Assembly (NCBI GenBank): GCA_958408685.1
Contig: CATYLC010000011.1
Span: 3,704-67,703 of the forward strand
Source: an uncultured Collinsella sp.
GTDB lineage: Bacteria > Actinomycetota > Coriobacteriia > Coriobacteriales > Coriobacteriaceae
DNA length: 64,000 nt
Direction: 5' to 3'
The notes under the pieces are model-generated. The model made no database searches, was not told the DNA's origin, and was given only the letters and a program-made list of their open reading frames with translations. The translations under genes and the position numbers were made by a program. The number at the start of each line of letters is the position of its first letter. The stretch's first letter is position 1. Shown here piece after piece: positions 58,796 through 64,000 of the stretch.

Positions 58796-59356
58796 ATGAA
58801 GTTTGTTTGCCCCGTTTGCGGTTATGTGGAAGAGTTCGACGGCGACCAGCTGCCCGAGGATTTTAAGTGCCCCCAGTGCGGCGTTCCCGGTTCTCGCTTT
58901 CTGAAGCAGGAGGAGGGCCAGCTCGAGTGGGCTGCCGAGCACGTCGTGGGCGTCGCCAAGATGGAGGGCGTCTCCGAGGACATCGTTGCCGACCTGCGCG
59001 CCAACTTTGAGGGCGAGTGCTCCGAGGTCGGTATGTACCTGGCCATGGCTCGCGTCGCTCATCGCGAGGGCTATCCCGAGATCGGCCTGTACTGGGAGAA
59101 GGCTGCCCACGAGGAGGCCGAGCATGCCGCCAAGTTCGCCGAGCTCCTGGGCGAGGTCGTGACCGACTCCACCAAGAAGAACCTCGAGATGCGCGTTGAG
59201 GCCGAGAACGGCGCCACCGCCGGCAAGACCGATCTTGCTAAGCGCGCCAAGGCCGCTGGCCTCGATGCCATCCACGACACCGTGCACGAGATGGCTCGCG
59301 ACGAGGCCCGCCACGGCAAGGCTTTCGCCGGCCTGCTCAAGCGCTACTTTGGCTAA
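58796..59356 (+). CDS. Reverse rubrerythrin (NADH peroxidase)
   Basis: N-terminal rubredoxin CPVCGY/CPQCG, then ferritin-like EEAEH and DEARH. Confidence 0.9.
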   Translation: MKFVCPVCGYVEEFDGDQLPEDFKCPQCGVPGSRFLKQEEGQLEWAAEHVVGVAKMEGVSEDIVADLRANFEGECSEVGMYLAMARVAHREGYPEIGLYWEKAAHEEAEHAAKFAELLGEVVTDSTKKNLEMRVEAENGATAGKTDLAKRAKAAGLDAIHDTVHEMARDEARHGKAFAGLLKRYFG

Positions 59357-59389
59357 GCCAACCGCCTGAGACATAACCTCAAGCTCGAT

Positions 59390-59421
59390 GAGGCCCGGAC
59401 CGTATTGGTTCGGGCCTTTTT
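59390..59421 (+). terminator. Rho-independent terminator after rubrerythrin
   Basis: AGGCCCGGACC-loop-GGTTCGGGCC-TTTTT. Confidence 0.8.
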
Positions 59422-59487
59422 CGTGCCTCACGAACTTGTTAACGCCCTGAAATAGGACCGCCTTCGGCATCGGCTTCTCGTCAAAAA

Positions 59488-59610
59488 CTAAGTGAGTAGA
59501 CTTTTTGGAACTTGCCGAGCACACCACCCATATTGCTTTATAAAGCCGCAGGTAAATGACTTGTTGCAAAACGGCTTGGTCGCCAAAGTGCTAAAAGCCT
59601 ACTCACTTAG
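59488..59610. repeat. 123-bp palindromic element, copy 2
   Basis: CTAAGTGAGTAGACTTTT ... AAAAGCCTACTCACTTAG; CCGCAGGTA at 59546. Confidence 0.88.
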
Positions 59611-60732
59611 AACCGCAGCCGTCCACGATCGAGCCATTTTGTGTCTAGCGGGCATCTTTCCGTCGATTACTCCCAATTTTGTCCAGTCAACGAATAGTTC
59701 AGACCGGAGTAATGCCTCAGCCCTTTGCTCATCTGAGCTTTTATCACGATATTCAGCATCGAGCATCCTGCATACGGCCTTAACGATCGCGCGGAATCTA
59801 TCCTCATCCGATATCTGTCTGTGTGTCAGGAGAAGCACATCGTAGCCCATGGCCTGAAGGGCCGTCATGCGGTCAGCGTCACGCAAGCCATCCCCTGCGC
59901 GTCCGTGCGAGGCCTTTCCCTGACATTCAATGGCCACCTGTCGCCTACCGTCCGGTGAAGAAAGAAGTAGGTCGATATATACACGGGACTTTCCCACAAT
60001 CGCTCGAGCACTTGTGCCTAGCATCACTTCAACATTAAGCTCTATGTCGCAAAAACCTTCGCCTCCCAGGGATCGCGGCAGTGCAAGTAGCAAATACGCC
60101 TCGACCTCAAAAGGCGACGCGGCACCCAATGGAACGAATTGCGATACCGCCATAAATCTATTGCCGTAACGCATCCCGCAAACATCTGAACAAAAACGGT
60201 CAAGGTCTCTGCCCAAAACCAAAGCGTCTCGACGCCATAAATTTGAAGCGGTGCCGTCCTCGGACGGGCAGCGCACCCAACCCAACGTCGTCGAAATCGC
60301 GCCCGAATCAATTGCACGCGTAAGCTCCGCCTCAAGTGCCGCCGGCAGAGCACACACCGCAAACAGGCCGCACATCTCCGCCAACACAAAAAGAAGCTGA
60401 AGATCCGTCAGATGCCGCGACATGATGAATGCCGTCAGTAGAGGAGACGTAATCAAAAATCCATGCTCCGTTTCCAGCACGGATTCCCTGGGGGGCTCAC
60501 CAAGGAACAGCCGCTGCCTAATGCTGGTAGGACAAGTCCGTTTGTTTCTCGTCTGAACCAATGTATACAACGGAAAACCGAGCGCGACCGCAGCCGTCGG
60601 GTTGCGGGCGAGATCATATCGCTGCCGGTCTTCTTCCGGTCGTGGAAGCGGCGGACACAGAGCGCGGACCTGAGGGGGCAAACGCCAGTACCTAAAAGCC
60701 GATATGTCACAAAGTAGATCTTTCATAGGCAC
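59599..60732 (-). CDS. Hypothetical protein with C-terminal DUF559/Vsr-like endonuclease domain
   Basis: SPFE...YIDL...AIECQG..SH...D..R..L...GYDV pattern; start GTG 60732 or ATG 60726. Confidence 0.75.
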   Translation of the reverse strand: MPMKDLLCDISAFRYWRLPPQVRALCPPLPRPEEDRQRYDLARNPTAAVALGFPLYTLVQTRNKRTCPTSIRQRLFLGEPPRESVLETEHGFLITSPLLTAFIMSRHLTDLQLLFVLAEMCGLFAVCALPAALEAELTRAIDSGAISTTLGWVRCPSEDGTASNLWRRDALVLGRDLDRFCSDVCGMRYGNRFMAVSQFVPLGAASPFEVEAYLLLALPRSLGGEGFCDIELNVEVMLGTSARAIVGKSRVYIDLLLSSPDGRRQVAIECQGKASHGRAGDGLRDADRMTALQAMGYDVLLLTHRQISDEDRFRAIVKAVCRMLDAEYRDKSSDEQRAEALLRSELFVDWTKLGVIDGKMPARHKMARSWTAAVLSE

Positions 60733-60907
60733 AGGAAAACACGAATTTCAACCCAGTCAGTCACGCATTGGCGCGAACGCGCCAAAAATGGTGCCGAACG
60801 GACTGCCAAGTTTTCAACAGCCCTCCCCAACTGGCCAAAAGCTTGCCGAGAGCTGGACGAAGTTCTGTTGAAAACCCCATTTTTTTCTCATGCAGAAGCT
60901 TTGCGCG

Positions 60908-61030
60908 ACAAGTGAGTAGACTTTTTTGAACATCCCGAGCAGCCCGGTCATCCTGCTTTTCAAAACCGCAGGTAGATAGCTTGTTACAAAACTGCCTGGT
61001 CGCCAAAGTTCCAAAAGCCTACTCACTTAG
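60908..61030. repeat. 123-bp palindromic element, copy 3
   Basis: 100/123 ungapped identity to copy 2 by manual alignment; CCGCAGGTA at 60966. Confidence 0.88.
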
Positions 61031-62458
61031 GTTGCAGAGTGCTCCCATTAGCTGCGATTCCAAGGTATTTAGCGCTTTTGGACTCAAATCGTCATACTGA
61101 ACAAGAATTTGACTTGAGTTTTCAGGGACAGATGCGCCATCGGCACACCAATAACAGTCACTGATATCGACAAAAGGGATACTCGAGCGCGTGAGGGCCC
61201 GCACAAAAGAGCTTCCGCCCGCTCCACGCTCCGCAACCACGATACAGTAAAGGCCCGCGTCTGCATGCTCGATCGAGACCTCTCCTGCCGGAAATACCTT
61301 CCGCACAAGCGCCATCAGGCCATCACGCGCCTCGCGAGCACGAACGCGCACGCGGTTCACATGTCGCTCGTAATCACCCGATTCCAGCAAACGCGCCAAA
61401 GCGACCTGATCAACAGAGCTCACCGACGAGGCGTAGAAACCAAGGTTGCGCCTAAACCGCTCCATTAACTCATCGGGCAACACCATGTACGCCAAACGCA
61501 ACGCCGATGAAAGGCTCTTCGAAAACGTGTTGGTGTAGATAACCGACTGGGCGGCATCGATCGACGCGAGCGCGGGAATCGGCTTCCCGGCAAGGCGAAA
61601 CTCACAATCAAAGTCATCTTCGATGAGATACCGACCTGGTCGCTCGGCGGCCCAGCTCAGAAGCGCATAGCGCCGCGCAATGCTCGTCACAAGGCCGGTC
61701 GGATACTGATGGGACGGCATCAGATGAAGTACATCGGTCCCGGTTTTCTGCAGAGCGCTCAAGTCCACGCCCTCATCATCCAACGGGATATGTCGAACTT
61801 TGCAGCCCATAGCCTGATAGATGCGCGTCAGACGTAAATAGCCCGGGTCCTCAACGGCATACACCTTGTCAGCGCCAAGCAACTGAACCAACATGGTATC
61901 GAGCAGCTGGGCGCCCGCGCCGATAACAATGTTATTGGGATCGACATTCATGCCCCTTGTCCCACGCAGGTGGTGAGCAATTGCGCGTCGCAGCCGAGCG
62001 GTGCCCTGCGCCGGTGCGGGCGAAAAGATTTCGCGCTCATCTTCGGATGCCAGCGTCGCCCGTAGTGCGCTTTGCCAAAGCCGCGCCGCCTCCAAAGCGG
62101 AAGGAGAAAGTGCATCGAATCGCTCGACCTGTCCGTTGACATCATGCGCGCTGGGACCCGCAGAGGCGGCATCTCGGTCGATGCCCTCCGCAGCCGAAGC
62201 CAAAACCGGTGCATCCGGAAGCTCGCAAGCGTAGTAGCCACGACGCGGCATTGAGCAAATATAGCCCTCGGCAAGTAACTGGCTATATGCATTCTCGATG
62301 GTAATGACACTGATTCCCAGATGACTGGCAAAGGCGCGCTTAGACGGAAGATGCTCCCCCGCCGCAATACGTCCAGCAACAATATCATCTCGAATTTTCT
62401 GGTAAACATACTCATAAAGCGATGCTTCGCCGCGTTTTTCCAAATTGTAGTCAAGCAT
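61019..62458 (-). CDS. pdxR: MocR/GabR-family PLP-binding regulator, PdxR by context
   Basis: GntR wHTH (LPSKR..AYSQLLAEGY) plus aminotransferase-like domain (EDPGY, PSHQYPTG, TFSK); divergent from pdxST. Confidence 0.85.
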   Translation of the reverse strand: MLDYNLEKRGEASLYEYVYQKIRDDIVAGRIAAGEHLPSKRAFASHLGISVITIENAYSQLLAEGYICSMPRRGYYACELPDAPVLASAAEGIDRDAASAGPSAHDVNGQVERFDALSPSALEAARLWQSALRATLASEDEREIFSPAPAQGTARLRRAIAHHLRGTRGMNVDPNNIVIGAGAQLLDTMLVQLLGADKVYAVEDPGYLRLTRIYQAMGCKVRHIPLDDEGVDLSALQKTGTDVLHLMPSHQYPTGLVTSIARRYALLSWAAERPGRYLIEDDFDCEFRLAGKPIPALASIDAAQSVIYTNTFSKSLSSALRLAYMVLPDELMERFRRNLGFYASSVSSVDQVALARLLESGDYERHVNRVRVRAREARDGLMALVRKVFPAGEVSIEHADAGLYCIVVAERGAGGSSFVRALTRSSIPFVDISDCYWCADGASVPENSSQILVQYDDLSPKALNTLESQLMGALCNLSE

Positions 62459-62469
62459 GAGCCTATCAC

Positions 62470-62515
62470 CTGACCTTATTAAGCCATTCAATCTGGTATT
62501 AGTCTGACCTTGTTA
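62470..62515. promoter_or_regulatory. Candidate PdxR operator: CTGACC direct repeats
   Basis: CTGACCTTATTA (62470) and CTGACCTTGTTA (62504) in the pdxR-pdxS intergenic region. Confidence 0.6.
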
Positions 62516-62603
62516 TTATCTTGAAAACTGAGTATTTCGCCATACCCAGCTCCCCGATAGGATGTTCCGTCAAGCAATGCACATGCCAACCAAGGGAGCA
62601 ACC

Positions 62604-63494
62604 ATGGCAGAACAGACCAGCAAGGCCAATCGCGTCAAACTCAATCGCGAGCTCGCGCAGATGCTCAAGGGCGGCGTCATCATGGACGTCACCACACCCG
62701 AGCAGGCGCGCATCGCCGAGGAGGCAGGCGCCTGCGCCGTCATGGCACTCGAGCGCATTCCGGCCGATATCCGTGCCGCGGGCGGCGTCTCGCGCATGAG
62801 CGACCCCAAGATGATCAAGGGCATCCAGGAGGCCGTCTCCATCCCTGTTATGGCCAAGTGCCGCATCGGCCACATTGTCGAGGCGCAGGTCCTGCAGGCC
62901 ATCGAGATCGACTACATCGATGAGTCCGAGGTTCTCTCCCCTGCCGATGACGTCTATCACATCGACAAGACCCAGTTTGACGTGCCGTTTGTCTGCGGCG
63001 CCCGTGATCTGGGCGAGGCGCTGCGCCGTGTTGCCGAAGGCGCCACGATGATTCGCACCAAGGGTGAGCCGGGTACGGGCGACGTCGTTCAGGCCGTGCG
63101 TCACATGCGCAAGATCCAAAAGCAGATCCGTGACGTTGTTGCCCTGCGCGATGATGAGCTCTTTGAGGCAGCCAAGCAACTGCAGGTTCCGGTCGAGCTG
63201 GTGCGCGAGGTCCATGCCACGGGCAAGCTTCCCGTTGTGAACTTTGCCGCCGGCGGCGTAGCGACCCCTGCCGACGCCGCGCTGATGATGCAACTGGGCG
63301 CCGAGGGCGTCTTTGTCGGCTCGGGCATCTTTAAGAGCGGCGACCCCGCCAAGCGCGCCGCCGCCATCGTCAAGGCCGTGGCAAACTTCACCGATGCCAA
63401 GCTCATCGCCGAGCTTTCGGAGGACCTGGGCGAGGCCATGGTGGGCATCAACGCCGACGAGATCGAAATCATCATGGAGGAGCGCGGACGCTAG
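62604..63494 (+). CDS. pdxS: PLP synthase lyase subunit
   Basis: [28 protein letters not shown] and [14 protein letters not shown] motifs. Confidence 0.97.
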   Translation: MAEQTSKANRVKLNRELAQMLKGGVIMDVTTPEQARIAEEAGACAVMALERIPADIRAAGGVSRMSDPKMIKGIQEAVSIPVMAKCRIGHIVEAQVLQAIEIDYIDESEVLSPADDVYHIDKTQFDVPFVCGARDLGEALRRVAEGATMIRTKGEPGTGDVVQAVRHMRKIQKQIRDVVALRDDELFEAAKQLQVPVELVREVHATGKLPVVNFAAGGVATPADAALMMQLGAEGVFVGSGIFKSGDPAKRAAAIVKAVANFTDAKLIAELSEDLGEAMVGINADEIEIIMEERGR

Positions 63495-63514
63495 TCCGGC
63501 AGAAAGGATCGCAC

Positions 63515-64000
63515 ATGAGCGATTATGCAGACCAAACGGTCGCCGTGCTGGCGGTCCAAGGCGCTTTTGCCGAGCACGAGGCAAGACTATCCGGGCTTGG
63601 CGCACACTGTATTGAGCTGAGGCAGGCGGCTGATTTGAAGCAGGACTTTGACCGTCTGGTACTTCCCGGCGGCGAGTCCACCGTTCAAGGGAAGCTGCTT
63701 GCCGAGCTCGGCATGCTCGAGGAGCTTCGTGCCCGTATCGCTGAAGGCATGCCCGTCCTGGGCACCTGCGCCGGCTTGATTCTGCTGGCGCGCGACCTTG
63801 CCGCCCACGACGATAAGGGGACGCCGCGCCTGGCAACCATGGATGTGCTCGTCGAGCGCAATGCCTACGGCAGGCAGCTCGGCAGCTTTCGAACCAAGGG
63901 GCAGGTAGCCGGCATCGACGGTGAAGTGCCGCTGACGTTTATCCGCGCGCCCCGCATCGTTGAGGTGCACGGCGATGCCGAGGCCCTGGCCGAAGTCGAT
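63515..64000 (+). CDS. pdxT: PLP synthase glutaminase subunit (truncated by window end)
   Basis: VLAVQGAFAEH, LPGGEST, GTCAGL, RNAYGRQ and FIRAP motifs. Confidence 0.93.
   Translation, partial: MSDYADQTVAVLAVQGAFAEHEARLSGLGAHCIELRQAADLKQDFDRLVLPGGESTVQGKLLAELGMLEELRARIAEGMPVLGTCAGLILLARDLAAHDDKGTPRLATMDVLVERNAYGRQLGSFRTKGQVAGIDGEVPLTFIRAPRIVEVHGDAEALAEVD

Noticed and set aside
49755..61030. 123-bp repeats as a CRISPR array or composite-transposon ends
   Set aside because: No repeat-spacer periodicity, no cas or transposase gene, and no evident target-site duplication.

Overview
High-GC chromosomal window whose gene content and codon style point to a gut Coriobacteriia bacterium, most likely Collinsella (inference). 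It is mostly housekeeping: fba, rel, a recJ-helicase fusion, the liv BCAA ABC transporter, hom, large single-chain purL, kdgT, azlCD, an Etf/FAD-oxidase operon, elp3, trmB, aldehyde and alcohol dehydrogenases, reverse rubrerythrin and pdxR/pdxS/pdxT. Strongest leads: (1) three copies of an exactly 123-bp palindromic element with a fixed central CCGCAGGTA motif; two copies flank a DUF559/Vsr-like nuclease gene and supply the stop codons of two genes; (2) Elp3 about 2 kb from a Trm9-like methyltransferase and trmB, suggesting a eukaryote/archaea-type mcm5U34 tRNA pathway in a bacterium; (3) a Shango-like TerB/ATPase/helicase operon with a LexA-type SOS box in its promoter; (4) an uncharacterised operon of secreted and sortase-anchored proteins; (5) a probable bile-acid 3-alpha-HSDH; (6) a 59-aa protein missing from the ORF track and a relic of a deleted livK paralog. 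I saw no rRNA, tRNA, CRISPR array or intact transposase. All family assignments come from motif recognition by eye; no database search was run.
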